Source of the DNA: Chiloscyllium plagiosum
Lineage: Eukaryota
DNA length: 64,000 nucleotides
Assembly (NCBI RefSeq): GCF_004010195.1
Contig: NC_057723.1
Coordinates: 22,479,933-22,543,932 of the forward strand
Direction: 5' to 3'
Position numbers and translations under genes: made by a program. Shown here one piece after another: positions 1 through 15,134 of this stretch. The notes under the pieces were generated by a model that had not been told where the DNA came from, searched no databases, and saw only the letters and a program-made list of their open reading frames with translations. Position 1 is the stretch's first letter, and each line of letters opens with the position of its first letter.

Positions 1-1472
1 CTGTCCTGTTCTTCCCCACACAAATTAAGAGCTGAAACGCACACAAAGGTAAAATCAGATTTCTCTAAATACTTCAGATTCTTTGATAGGACTAATTTAT
101 AGGTTATGGTGAAAAGCAGATGTCAACTGAATTGGCTCTGAAATAGTTGACAAGATGCTGTCTTAGAACATAGAGAAAAACCAGCAATTAGCAGTTAGTG
201 CAATTCACGAAAATTCAAGTTCTTGAAATTATCAAAGAAGCAAATTAAATCAAAAATTAATTTGACTGAAGAAAATCTAGGTCTTTAAACATAAGCAATG
301 TGTTTCAGGTAAATGCAAGCAAATTATGCAATTTAAAATTGACTGAGCAATATTCATACAATAAAACCATTTCAGAGACAAAAAGCAAATAAAGATTGAT
401 ATTGATTTAAAATGCCAATTAACAAACTGCAGCTTACTGCCATTCAGTTGTTGATGCAAGCAATGTGTCAGAAGCTGATCAGTTCAATTTTCTCTGAAGC
501 AGCTTGAAAAATATTAAACTGTATACTGGGAATAACAACAGTTTTAATTTTAAAAACTGCCGTCACAACTTTGATAATTGTGGGGTTGTTTAGCTCGGCA
601 ACAAAGAAAAAAAGGAAAACAAACTAGGGAGAGAAAGATGAGACTTTGGAAGCCAAATACTGTGGATGCTGGAAGTTTGATTTTTTAAAATTCCAAAAGT
701 TAAAATCAATCAATATTTATAGATAAGGTCAGAAGTCACATACAATCAGGTTTAATCTAACAGGTTTATTTGAAATCACAAGTTTTCAAAACACTGCTCC
801 TTTGTCAGATTGTCCAACACCAGTACCTCCATTGTATTGACGGACACAAATTCACATTTAGTTCCGAAGAGTGATCACATCAATTACTGAAATAAATTAT
901 TCCACTGTAGGATTTGCTCACTGCTATAAGTAGTGAACAATGTAATGTTACATTACCTTCTCAGCAGACACATACTTTGTAGTTATATGTGCCAATCTAC
1001 GGTCAATAGGGAATTGACAGCAAATATAGTGTAAATATTTGTAATTAAAGTAAAGATGTTTGAGAAGTAGCTATTTCTGTAAACACGGGAAAACTAAAAT
1101 AGATTTGGAGCAAATACTTCTCATTTCCCCCTTAAAAAATACTTAGCATATTTTCAATGCAGGTGATAGACACTGACAATCCAAAAACAGTAGTCACTTA
1201 AATCTGCAATAGTTATAAAACAACAAGATGTCCGTTGAAATAAAAAAACACCCAGAAATTATTAGAGAAACTCAGCAGGTATAGAAACATCTGTGGAAAG
1301 AGAAACAAGTTAACTCATTGCCCAGTCCAACATGAGCTCTTCGGAGATCAATGTCTGCTGAATTAAAATACAACCCGTACAGTGTGGCAAAAGAAGCCCG
1401 AATACCTCAAAAGGTTTTAAGGAGGGGGGAAGGAAAAATATTGGTGCCAGTGTTCAGCAAGAGAAATTGGAA

Positions 1473-1487
1473 AGAAAATTCTAGAAG
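1473..1487. promoter_or_regulatory. Perfect three-unit heat shock element in HSPA4 intron 1
   Basis: aGAAaaTTCtaGAAg matches nGAAnnTTCnnGAAn, about 175 nt into intron 1 of a heat-shock gene. Confidence 0.6.
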
Positions 1488-1529
1488 ACAAAGTGCATGG
1501 GGCAATGAGTAAGATGTCAGTCAGCACCT

Positions 1530-2640
<1,111 letters not shown>

Positions 2641-3581
2641 TTGCCAAATAGAGTTTAAGGAGCCTGGATTCCTCTCTCACCCCCCCCCCCCCCCCAAATA
2701 GATGGTGACAGTGAGCCTTTATTTTGCCTCTTCTCCATCGCAGACTTCACTTTCTGGTTGTCACTTGTTTTGGTTGCAAAGAAATCGCTCATCTGTTTAT
2801 GATGAGTGATGACCGTGTCAACAATTGTCTCTACTCTTGGAGAGAAACACTTTTTTTTATTCATCCTGGGATGTAAGCATCACTGGCCAGGCCATCATCT
2901 ATTCCCCATCCTGAATTGGCCTGTTGTTGTACATGTGGTGTAGATATATCTGTACAGTGTTGTGAGGAAGGAGATTCCAGAAGTTGACCCTGTGATAGTG
3001 ATGGAATGGCAATGTTGGGCTGAGTCAAGGTGTATGTGAATTGGTAAGGATCAGCAGTTGAACAACTTAATATTTGTCCACAACAAAACAGAAATTGCCG
3101 AGAAACTGAAGTCTTGTAGTACCAGTGGAGAGAAAGCAGAGTCAGGGTTTGAGTCCAGGGAGCATTCGTCAGAAATAGTTTCAGATTTCCAGCATCCACA
3201 GTTCTTGGTTTTACTTTAATATTCATCAAAATGTTTGTCATAATGTTCAGTAGCAACTTTCAATGTATTTTCAAGTTAAATTTAGTGTTGTTGAAGAAGT
3301 CACGTTTTGTTGAACCTTTTCACCTTGCATTCACCAGGACAACTTTCAAGAATAACAATTTGAGGGGAAGCCAACATTAATAGTGTACAAGGGGGATGTG
3401 CGAGGTTGGCAAGTAGTCTATGGTAGATGTGTTACATTGAGAATGCTCCTATTGCTGATTGACAGTTAACTGCCAAGCTTGTTTAAATGTTAAACTGGGT
3501 AGTTTGGCTCTGCCCTAAAAGTGAATCAGCAAGTAGGTTTCACCTATCTTGTTGTGTTAAACAAACACCGTGTTCTATCTG

Positions 3582-3779
3582 GTAAAAACAATGACTGCAG
3601 ATGCTGGAAACCAGATTCTGGATCAGCGGTGCTGGAAGAGCACAGCAATTCAGGCAGCATCCGAGGACAGGCAAAATCGACATTTCGGGCAAAAGAAGGG
3701 CTTTTGCCCGAAATGTCGATTTTGCCTGTCCTCGGATGCTGCCTGAATTGCTGTGCTCTTCCAGCACCACTGATCCAGA
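3582..3779. mobile_element. Short Penelope-terminus insertion forming an ~80-bp-arm hairpin, with 15-bp TSD
   Basis: Inverted repeat 3616-3780. TSD accgtgttctatctg at 3567-3581 and 3780-3794. Confidence 0.85.
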
Positions 3780-6714
3780 ACCGTGTTCTATCTGCCTAAT
3801 TTCAATAAAATGTAACTGTCAACTGTCATTCAGCATTAATATGTGTGTTCTCCACAGCAACACCTCTATCACTTAACAAACGACTTGCCAAATAAACAGC
3901 ACTGCCCCTTTTGCAGCGTAAGTGTTAATTTCACCTTGAATGGTATTCTTACGAATTGTCGTGATGAGTACAAGATGAAAAACTTTGAAAAGACTTTGTT
4001 TTTCAGCAATTTTTTAAGTCTGTCAAGTCTCTTGGACTTGATGGTCTCCATTATATGGTCCTAACATAAGTGGTTGTAGAGATAGTAGAGACAATGATTT
4101 TACTCTTTTTTTAAAAAAATCCCTTGATTTTGGAATAGTCCTATCAGAATGGAATTCCACAAGAACCAATGAATTAGGTACAGCAGTAGGCCACTGCTTG
4201 GAGCCTATCTTTCTTATGCAAGGGTGATGGTTGATATAATTACTCCCGATTCCTACCAACCCTGATAACGTTTTTGCTCCCTTATTCATCAAGACCTCTA
4301 CTTAAAAAAAAATTCAAGGACTCTACTTTCACTGCCTTTTAAGGGAGAGAATTCCAATCAGTTTGGAATCTCTCTTGAGAGGGATAAGAAAATCTCAAAT
4401 ATTAAATAATGAGCCTTTAGTTTTCAGTTGTGACTTGTATATCTGGACTCTTCCCAAAAAAAGGAAACATCTTTTCCATTTACCCCCTTTAAAAAGCCTC
4501 TTGTTTATCTCTTAAATCATCTCTTACTCTTCAAAACTTCAACTTTCTTGCAGAAAGGAGGAAGACAGAAAGCAAAAAAATACAGGTCAGCTAATCTTAC
4601 ATCTGTCGGTGGGAAAGTTACATTTATAAAAATTACATCTGTTGTGTTGTTGGAATTTCTGGGTGGACAATTGTGGTAGTGATTGCTGACCTTGAGGAAT
4701 TCCAGATTCTTATTGAATTCATTCTGCATCGTCTGCCATGGCAGTATTTCAACCCAGGATCCTAGAACATTACTTGAATCTCTAGATTAATAATCTAGCC
4801 ATGATAACATGAGGCAATTGTCTTCTCTTACTTGAGAATGATCAAATTTTCAGATTCCAAAAAGCATTCAATAAAGTGACACAAATGGTTACTACACTAG
4901 AGTGGAGCCCGTAGTGTTGTTCTAGATTCATAAGGATAGAGGATAAGTTAGTTAATGAAAATTGGCATTGGGATAAATGGATCACTTTCAGCTGGTCAGA
5001 CTGTAACTAATGAGACTTCATAATAATTGCTTCTGGGATATCCAACTGTTTACCACGTTAGGATCTGACCAATTGATGTCTCTACTTGCTTAAAAAGGTA
5101 ATGTCTTCCCAATTTGATATGGGGAGAGAGCGTGAGGAAGCCAATTGATATACAGATTTCACTATAAATCCAGAAATATGATCAGATGTGTTTGTCATCT
5201 GGTCTCCTTGTGGTCTACAGGTTACTAAGGGATGGAGAGGAAACCAAGTTGATTTTTTGACATTCATTCACAGGATATGGGCACTGCTGTCTTGGCCAGT
5301 ATTTCTTGCCCAGTCCTAATTGCCCCAGGGCAATTAAGAGTCAGTCATGTTGCTGTGGGCTTGGATTTAAATCTCGGCCAAACCAGGTAAGCATGGCTGT
5401 TTTAGTTCTTTTAAGAACATTAGTTCACCAAGGTGGGTCTTCTCAACAATCAACTACAAGGTTCTCTTTGGACTATTAATTTCAGAATTTTCTTCAAATT
5501 CCACCATCTGATACAACCCGGATCCTCAGAGCATTACCTAGGCCTCTGGATTGATAGCATTAAAGTCTCACAATAGAGAAACAGCCTTCTGCCCAGCGTG
5601 TCTATGCCAAACAACCACATTAATCCCATTTACCTGCACTTGGTCCATAGCCTGTTAAGCCCTGCCATTTTGAGTGCTCATCAGTCGAACAATACCATTA
5701 GGCTATTGCCTCCCTTCTCTGTTGGAATTAGCCCAGACTGCACAATAAAGAGATAAAAATGTTGGTTCTATCATTCATCATGGAGACCTGAGTTCATGCT
5801 TTGAAAGAGGATGGAAGATTTGCTGAGCTTGAGGCTAGATGAAGAAACCACTACTGTATATTGTGTACCTTCAATTTGAGACAATTCTAGATTTTAAATT
5901 AACCAGCTAGGAAAGTAACAGATAAGCAACCCATTAGAAACTGAGAGCAGCTGGGAGCTGTTTGAGACTTTTGATCCCGGGGAGACCGAGAAGGAAGAAA
6001 AATTGTTTGTTTCTGTAGTTTTGTATAAGTTGTTTACTCAAGGTAATATTTTTAGTCATAGCTTTCAGTCATTTGATACAGTTAAAGTTTTTTTAAATTT
6101 GGAAAGAATGACTCATCATTGTTTCCAATAAGCTTGAATTCCTGATTAGGAATTGTCAATCACCGTGGAGTTGGTCTCAAAATCTATAATGACTTAGATG
6201 CAGGAGCCAAATGTATTGTAGCTCAATGAAGATAGATAGGAAAGCAAGTTGTAAAGAGGATGTGGTGTGAAAAGATAAATGGACAGGTAAGTGAGTTGGC
6301 AAAATTTTGCAGATGGAAAATAATAGAGAAAATGTATGCTCATTCACTTTGGAAAGAACAGAAAAGGGGAATGGAGAGATGCAACAAAATACTGCAGTAC
6401 AATGGGAACTGGGTGTCTGTACACGGAACAAAAGTATGCAGATGCAGCAAATAATCAGGAAGGCAAATGGTAAGTTGGTGTTCACTGGAAGGTAAATAAA
6501 ATTTAAAAGTAGGGGAGTCTTGAGACAGATAGCCCAAGGATTTGATGAACAGTGTCCAGTGTAAGGTATATTCTTTCGTCCTCGAGATTTGAGAAAGGAT
6601 GTATTTGCATTGGAAGCAGTCCAGAAAACTGCTGCAGAGAAGATCCTTGAGGTTGATCCTTGGGCAGAAGGAGTTGTGATAACAGCCCAACCCATGGTTG
6701 ACCTTTTTGATCTG

Positions 6715-6841
6715 GATTAGTGGCGCTGGAAGAGCACAGCAGTAAAGGCAGCATCCAAGGAGCTTCGAAATCGACGTTTCGGGCAAACGCTCTTCATCAG
6801 GAATGAAGGGCTGGTTTCCAGCATCTGCAGTCATTGTTTTT
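6715..6841. mobile_element. Short Penelope-terminus insertion with hammerhead motif, 14-bp TSD
   Basis: TSD acctttttgatctg at 6701-6714 and 6842-6855. Minus strand reads CTGATGA-agagcgtttgccc-GAAACGTC. Confidence 0.8.
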
Positions 6842-8472
6842 ACCTTTTTGATCTGCTGATTGAGGCCCATAAGTAGGGCGATGATATGATATCTTCATTC
6901 TTTTTATGTATTATTTCTGCTATTAATATAGGCACAGATGTATGGCACCTTAAAAAAAAAACAACAAATTACTATTCTATTTGTTTCCAGGATGTCAAAA
7001 CCTATATGAACAGTTGATTAGAAATACCTACAAAATAGAGCAAATGAAACCTGGCGTTTAGCGCTCCATTACTCTACACTCATCAGCAAAGTTTGGAAGG
7101 AATCATCAATGATACTCTCAGGCTGCACTTCTTTATCAACAAACTATTCACGAACACTCAGTTTGGAATCCGTTAGGGATACATTGTGCCCGACCTTTGC
7201 AGCATTGGTTTAACCATGAACTGAACTAATATCCAGACTCCCCAAAGCCTGTCCACCATGCAGTCATGTAGCATGGAAAGATACCCTTTGGTCCAACTCA
7301 TCAATGTCAACCAGATATCCCAATATTTGGCCCATCCCATTTACCAATATTTGGCCCATCCCCTCTAAACTCCAACAAGGTGCAAGTCAGGAGTGTGGTG
7401 GAATACTCAACTCCACTTGCTTTGATGAATGCTGCTCCAACCACACTCGTGAAGCTTGATACAATCAAGGCCAAAACAGCCTGTTTGATTGGCACCACGT
7501 CCACAATCACTGACATTTGATCTACAGGATGCCCTGCAGAAATTGCTCCCTGGATCGCATCTTCCAAATCTATACTCAATACCATCTAGAATGATAAGAC
7601 TGTTAGGCACATAGAGTATCATGACATACAAGTTCACTCCAAGCCCCACATCTTCCTGATTTGCAAATATAGCACCATTCCTTTTCTCTTGCTGGAACTC
7701 TTTCCCTAATAGAATCATGGGTATCAAAATTGTTGACAGTCCACACTCATTCTGTTGGCTTTGCTGGTGATAAAGATCAAAAGTTAAAATCCGGGTAGTT
7801 TTTTTTCCATTCACTTGCTATTGCATGATTCTCAAGGAAATGTACTACTCTTTGCTAATCATGATTGATACTAGCTCACAGAATGGCCACTGCAGTTATA
7901 GTGTGTGTTTGTGAGATTTGCATAGTTCAATCAATCTATCAAATAGCTGTTACAGATAATTCATATCAGAAAACAACATAAAGCATCACCCATCAAGTCA
8001 ATCAGATTTTATTTTGCTGAGCTTCCAATCTGTCAGACTTCCTATGAAAAGTAAGTGATTGAAGCTGAGTGCAGTTTGTTATTTTGCTGTCTATACACAT
8101 CTGCTCAAGCCAAATTTAAGGTTGTTCAATTTATTTCCTAATAGCATCTTTCAACCCTACAAAGAAACTAGATTCAAACTTATGCTATAGTAATAAGTAT
8201 TTATGTTGAAACTGCTGCATAGCAATGTGCATTTTCCTTCCCATCGTAAAAATTGTCAATAGATGAAACTCATTCTAATCATTTTGCTCAGATGGGATTA
8301 CTAATCGATTCAATCGATAATTGCGCAAAGTCAACGAATGTGTCAACTTTTACCTTTGCTGCATGAATGTTATGCTAGAAATGTTTGGAAATTGTCGTTT
8401 TTGTGTAAGGTAGAAGAAACCAAGAAATAGGTGTAAGTCATACAACATTTGGAATCTACTCACTATTCATTT

Positions 8473-8790
8473 GGGGGGCGGCACGGTGGCACAGTGGTTA
8501 GCACTGCTGCCTCACAGCACCAGAGACCCGGGTTCAATTCCCGCCTCAGGCGACTGACTGTGTGGAGTTTGCACGTTCTCCCCGTGTCTGCGTGGGTTTC
8601 CTCCGGGTACTCCGGTTTCCTCCCACAGTCCAAAGATGTGCAGGTCAGGTGAATTGGCCATGCTAAATTGCCCGTAGTGTTAGGTGAAGAGGTAAATGTA
8701 GGGGAATGGGTCTGGGTGGGTTGCGCTTCGGCGGGTCGGTGTGGACTTGTTGGGCCGAAGGGCCTGTTTCCACACTGTAATCTAATCTAA
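8473..8790 (+). mobile_element. HE1-type tRNA-derived SINE, near intact
   Basis: GGCACAGTGGTTAGCACTGCTGCCTCACAGC (A-box region), GGGTTCAATTCC (B box), V-domain-like core, CR1-like tail ending in TAATCT repeats. Confidence 0.88.
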
Positions 8791-9876
8791 ATCATCGTGA
8801 AACAAAGAATTATGGATGATGGGGATCTGAGAACAGTTCTGAAGAGGAATTGCCAGATTTAAAATGTTAACTCTGTTTCTCTCACCATCCCATAAGGTCA
8901 CCTTTTATCTTAAAATTCAACTCTACTAATTTTTACTTCCCTTAATTCCTGTAGAATGTAAAAGTCTATCATTCTCAGCCATAAATATTCTTGATAATAG
9001 GGATAGAGACTTCCAAAGATTCACAATCTCTAGATTAAGAAATTATTCCTCATCCTAATCCTAAATGGTTGATCCCTTCTTTTAAGGTTATGTACCTGTA
9101 ATTCTTGGTGCTCTAGCCAGGTTGTCCAATCGCTCAGTATCCAGACTGTCAAACCCTCTCAATTTAATCTACTTCAATAAGATCATTTTCAATTTTTTTC
9201 AATACTCCTCTAGAAAATTTAAATTTATTTTTCTCAAGCCTCTCCTCATAGGATAATTTCCTCATCGTAGGAATCCATCTAAAGTATCTTTGCAGCACCT
9301 ACAAGATATTATATCATTCTTTCAATATGGAGATCCCAACTACACAGACTAGTAAAACTCAGTAGAATTTCAAAAAGACTTCTGTACTCTGTATTTCATT
9401 TCCCTTGTAACACATGGCAAGACAAATCTTCTGAATATTAGTATTTGGTAGCTTTTTGCCAGCTTTCAAAGAAAATCCAGGCTTTCTAGTTTTCTGGAAT
9501 GACCTCCCATTTATCCACTTTATATTCCATTTGTCACCACCTTACCACTCATTTAGCTTGTCTATCAAAAACCTTTTTGGGGGGGGTGGGAGGGGCAACA
9601 TACTTGATTGTGATGTCATTCCACTACAAGGGGTTTTCACTCAGACGGTTTTCCCATACTTAAATTGCTTGATTTGTTTTCTGGAAAGTTTTCTCTCAAC
9701 TCTTCTACCAAAAATGTTTCTGTCCTTTCGGTTAACAATTGCACATGAACTAAAAGTGAAGATGTGTTGAAAATCTGATTCTAAGGTAGCTACTTGCAAC
9801 TTTTAAGAATTTATTTGGTACCAGCTCTCACTTTGTTTTTTAAACAAAAAAACTTGCTCAATTCTCAGGAATCTAA

Positions 9877-10030
9877 ATGTCTGCCAGAGATAGAGAAGAG
9901 CAAGAAGACGAACTGCTAGCTCTTGCTAGTATTTACGAGGAAGATGAATTTAAAAGGGCAGAATCTACGCCAGGTGGAGAAATAAGTATATGTTTGGAGT
10001 TGCCACCAAACTTCAAAATACATGTCCAAG
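9877..10030 (+). CDS. RNF14: RNF14 coding exon 1 (RWD domain N-terminus)
   Basis: Acceptor ttctcag ends at 9868 and ATG is at 9877. Encodes MSARDREEQEDELLALASIYEEDEFKRAESTPGGEISICLELPPNFKIHVQ(G). 154 nt, GTAAGT donor. Missed by the ORF track. Confidence 0.95.
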
Positions 10031-10141
10031 GTAAGTAGACCTGATGATTTATGTTGTAATTGTAAGGTTTGAAATGCATGCTGGTTAGCAAATTTTAACA
10101 CAAGTTCTTTCTGATAATGAGAACTACTTTTCTTGATTCAG

Positions 10142-10290
10142 GTGATGAAAAGCAGAATATAAAAGACCTGACTGAATATGCAGTTTCTTTTCTGCCAGCT
10201 CTTGTGCTGAAGTTCGAGCTACCTCCAGATTATCCATCGTTTTCAGCTCCTAAATATACCTTGAGCTGCAGGTGGCTTTTCCGAACTCAG
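10142..10290 (+). CDS. RNF14: RNF14 coding exon 2 (RWD domain, YPxxxP motif)
   Basis: ttcag acceptor. Encodes DEKQNIKDLTEYAVSFLPALVLKFELPPDYPSFSAPKYTLSCRWLFRTQ. 149 nt, GT donor at 10291, phase fits both neighbours. Confidence 0.95.
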
Positions 10291-12817
10291 GTTTGCAGTT
10301 GATTCTTCTTTTTATTGAAAGAAACATAAAGGTTTTTGGAAGGGTACAGTTAAAATAGCAACTCAGAGTAAATTACAACAGTGCAATGGGATGATAAAAG
10401 TGCAAAGAAATTTGATTTCATTCTTGCTTTGTCACTTTGTTTACAATGAACCTTGATTTTCCGGAATATCATAGTGTAATTTAAAAGTATCACTGATATT
10501 TAATATGAATGTTACAAAAAAAGTGTATGGCTAGTAGTCAAATCATTAATTTTCTATTGTGGCACAATTCAGCTTGATAGTCGCTCATGTTAGTAAACCC
10601 CTTTACCAATGCTCAAGTGCTCTCTTTGCTGTTTGGAATGTGTGATATAAGACAGCAGTGCTTTTTAAGTAGACATTTCTTATTTTTCAGTTTCTCCCTC
10701 CATTTTCTGAGTATAGTTACTTGATAACTAACCGACCTATGACGAGCCACATATTGGAATCTAAAAGTAGGGAGGTTTTGCTATGGTTTTATAATGTACT
10801 GGTGAGATCTACAAAATCCATTTCGTTTTTTTAAATTTGTGTTGTGCAAGCCAGCATGGTTAAAGTTGTGATATAAGAACAAATGTTCCACCCTTTTGAA
10901 GTGACTGCTGAAGTATTTCAATCTGTCATTAAATAGTTTAATGGTCATTGCTGTGCATTTTGCTTAGTTTTTCAGTAAGAACAAGTCCAAGAAGGTGAAT
11001 CAGTTTTCTACAGTGCTGCCATGGGTTGCTTCCATACAGTCAAAGCAAAGGATGGGCTGTTGACAGTAGAGCTCTGACCAGAGCTAGAATTGTGCCATTA
11101 TTCAGATGGAGTGCAGCTTTGTGAGGACTAGGCACTTGCAATTTTGGGAGCAGGTTGATTCAACTGGAATAGAGACCCAATAAGTTAGGACATCTGAGCT
11201 TGAAAACTTAGTGCCGGTGCCAGTTTGATTAGATGAAAAGGCTAAAATTGGGCTGGTAATTCGGCACTTGTGAGCAGTGGAATCGTGGGAATGCAGTCTT
11301 GGGAGAAGCAATCGAACCACCAGGATATGAACAATCATTGAAGCAGCTTTGAGGAAGTGTTGGGTACGTTTGTAAAAGAGACAAAATTTTAATGAGATTC
11401 AGTGACCACATTATTACTGTCTGGGAGGGTTGTTGAAAATCCAAGGGATCTGATTTGACCACATGTATTATTTGACATACTCTTGGGGTAAGTGAGCATA
11501 GCTTGTTAGTCTGTGTTTATTCTGGATGTTATATGAAAGTTTTATATACACATTTGGTTTCTTATTTTACTTTTCTAGTCTTGCATAGTAAAGTTTGTTT
11601 GTTTAAAACTTATGGCTTTTTTCTCTTAAATATCTGGGATTTCAAATTTATATTTTAGATTAAAAAGTTACTAATCCCTAATCTAATTGTAACACCTGCA
11701 ATTGTAATTTGGAAGTGTTTGCAGTCCACAAATGGAGAACTGTGTAAACATTCGTTCTTGTTATTTAAGAAAGTAAATGTTTGCATTAGAAGCAATACAG
11801 AGAAGGCTGACTAGGTTGATTCTTTCAACGAATAGGTTGCCTTATGAGGAAAGGTTAAACAGTTGGGCCTGTGTACTTGAATATTTAGAAGAATGAGAAG
11901 TGATGTTATTGAAACTTGTACAATTCTGAGAGGATTGACTGAGCGGATGCTGATAGGATTTTTGTCCTTATGGGAGAGACTAAAACCAGGGAAAACAACT
12001 TAAAAGTAAGGTGCCTCCCATTTAAGGCAGATAGGGAGATGTTTCATTTGAGGGTTGTTAATCTCTGACATTTCTTCCCAGAGTGTAGTGGAGGCTGAGT
12101 GAAATAAATCTTGACTTTCAAGGATTTTGAAGGATATGGGGGTAAAGAGAAAGTGAAGAACATAATCAAATTCTGTCAAATGGCACAGTAAACTCCAGAG
12201 GCCGAATGGCCTACTCCTATTCCACATTTCTGTTTGTGTGTGCATTAATTTGTTAAGCATGCTGAGAAATGTTTATTTTGATTGTCAAAAGATTCTCCCA
12301 ATATTTTTGTTTTAAAATTCTGTGAATTTTTTTATGTTCTGGAGAAATATTGGTGTTTCCTTTCTGAATATATTGCCAACATTATGATGTTCGTGCTGTT
12401 TTGGTATGAATGATTCGACCACGTGGGATTGTAAAATTAATACGTGATGTAAATTGTCTGCCTGAGAATTGATCAATGACTCATTGAAACATTCCATTTA
12501 GAACTGAGTAAAGAATTGTCTGAAGCACAGCTTGTAAAGATCTGCAAATAAATCTCTTAAAGTTAATGAGTTTAACAGTTTACATTTAACCCTCTATAGT
12601 AGTTTCATTTTTTTGTTCTGAGGCTCTGCTCTTTTTTGCTGGCAGAAGAAAGTGTTTACTTCCATCCTTGCTCCCCAGATTCTCCAGTTTGCTTTGCCAT
12701 GTAAACCAAGATAGCCACTGGTGCAATTCCAAATTCCTATTGAATTAATGGCCAGCGTTAGGGTGGTGGTAGCTTTCTAAAATTGACTTAATCTTCCCTG
12801 GTTTATATAGAAAGAAA

Positions 12818-13700
12818 TAGTCATAGAGATGTACAGCACGGAAACAGACCCTATGGTCCATGCCGACCAGATATCCCAACCCAGTGTGGTCCCACTTGCC
12901 AGCACCTGGCCCATATCCCTCCAAACCCATATTCATATACCTATCCAGATGCCTTTTAGGTGTTGCAATTGTACCAGCCTCCACCACTTCCTCTGGCAGC
13001 TCATTCCACACACGCACCACCCTCTTCGTGAAAAATGTTGCCCCTTAGGTCTCTCTTATATTTTTCCCTTCTGACCCTAAACCAATGCCCTCTAGTTCTA
13101 GACTCCCAGACCCTAGGGAAAAGACTTTGTCTATTTATCCTATCCATGCCCCTCATGATTTTATAAACCTCCTATAAGGTCACCCCTCAGCCTCTGATAC
13201 TTGAGGGAAAATAGCCTTAGCCTGTTCACCCTCTCCCTATAGCTCAAATCCTCCAACACTGGCAACATCCTTGTATGGGTGGCACAGTGGTTAGCACTGC
13301 TACCTCACAGCACCAGAGACCCGGGTTCAACTCCCGCCTCAAGTGACCTGTGTGGAGTTTACACATTCTGCCCGTGACTGCGTGGGTTTCCTCCCGGGTA
13401 CTCCGGTTTCTTCCCACAATCCAAAAATGTGCTGGTTAGGTGGATTGGCCATGCTAAATTGCCCATAGTGTTAGGTGAAGGGATAAATGTAGGAGAATGG
13501 GTCTGGTTGGTTGCGCTTCGGCGGGTCGGTGTGGACTTGGGCCGAAGGGCCTGTTTCCACACTGTAAGTAATTTAATCTTAAAAAAAATCTTTTCTGAAC
13601 CCTTTCAAGTTTCATAACATTCTTCCGATAGGAAGGAGACCAGAATTGCACACAATATTCCCAAAAGTGGCCTAACTAATATCCTGTACAGCTGCATCAT
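12818..13700 (-). mobile_element. CR1 3' fragment
   Basis: QFWSPSYRKNVMKLERVQKR and VRVWNELPEEVVEAGTIAT, with a ctctatgact tail. Confidence 0.88.
13277..13586 (+). mobile_element. HE1-type SINE nested in a CR1 fragment
   Basis: Same sequence as 8473-8790. It interrupts the CR1 sequence ggcaacatccttgta|aatcttttctgaaccc. Confidence 0.87.
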
Positions 13701-15134
13701 TCTCTGCTCCTATTTTTCTTTAATCTTTGAACATTAGTATGAGTAGAAAAAGACACGAGTAATTATTTTTACTCTCCTACCTCTGTGAGTAATAAGTAGA
13801 CTGCAGAAAAACTATTTTTAGCCTTCTATGTTAAGATTGGACATGAGAGTTTCATAAACAATGGAATTGTGGCTAAATAGGAGTCATTAGCTTTAAGAGG
13901 GGGTGAAAGGAGAACATTTCAGAAACAAAAGGAAAGCAAAACCTTTACATCAGAGGTTTTAAAATAATATTAAAAAAGAGCTAGTGCTGTAAATCATAAA
14001 TTTCTTGCACTAAGGTGAAATGTAGAGATTTCTAAATTCTAAAATATGCCTTTTTAAAGTTCTGAGGGAGAGTAGAAGGCGGTATTTCTGTCAGAGTACC
14101 ACTTGGCATGTTTTCAGTTGAAGAAGGGTGATTTGATCGTAATGTTTAAAGTTATGCCTGAATAGAACCGAGCAGATGAGGAAAAGTATTTCCAGGAGGT
14201 TAGAATGAGAGTCATAGAATAGAATGTTCCAGTATAGAAGGAAGCTATTGACCACATCTGGAAAAAGTTGTCCAGAATAGCAGTCCTACAAAGCTTCTGA
14301 TCAGCTTTCCACAGGTAATGTCTGATTGTCTTTTGTTAGTTCCTCTTGAATCTGACTCTCCACCCTTACAGGTATGATCAGCATGATCAACTTGACCTTT
14401 TTAAACGTGATTTATGACCAAGCAGGAGAGACTTTCACCCACAGTATTTTTAGAGTTAGTGAATGCAGTTTGAGGGTTTGTAATTTGTATGATAGTGGCA
14501 TGCCTTTTGAGACCTGAAGTGCTACCCATTGAAAGATAAACCGCCCATTTCCATGTTGAAGTTTGTGTAATCCCCAAACAGATCTAATGATGAGTGAAAG
14601 CATGCTGAATAAAATTTGTTGGAAATCACAGCAGGTCAGGCAGCATCTGTGAAGAGAGAGCAAGCTAATGTTTCAAATTTAGATTACTCTTGCAACGTTA
14701 GTTTGCCCCCTCTTCACAGATGCTGCCTAACCCATTTGTGATTTTCAGCATTTTTCTATTCAATACAGATTCTAATTTCTGCAATAATTTGCTCCGTGGA
14801 AGTAAGCTCTTGTGAATTCACCAAAATCTACACTTGATTTGAATGTAACTTAATAGTAGAGTGCAGGAGTTAAGCACTTCAAGAAGTTAAATGGAGTAAG
14901 GGAAAGAGGTGTCTGTTTGCTTTAGCTAAAATTGCTTAACCTTGAGGAATTGACTCTTGCTGGTTGACTCTTAGTGGAGAAGCTGGTTAATTGGTGAGTG
15001 TTTGGTAAATGATTAAAGTATATTTAATCTCTAAGGCTTCATATATTAGAACAGTAAGGTAAACGAATGAATAAAAAAGGGTGTATATAATTGTGCTGAA
15101 TAAAGTAAATATATTGTTCCTTAGCACTAAACAG

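Noticed and set aside
3521-3876. Overlapping ORFs with the same peptide on both strands
   Set aside because: This is an artefact of the palindromic Penelope-derived insertion.
6971-7060. Good acceptor (ttgtttccag at 6990) as a possible extra RNF14 5' UTR exon
   Set aside because: It runs into a degraded LINE fragment and has no convincing downstream donor. Transcript data would be needed.
10860-11694. Possible old solo LTR (also ~5720-6190 and ~34055-34730)
   Set aside because: Composition is LTR-like, but I could not establish matching TG/CA termini with a TSD.
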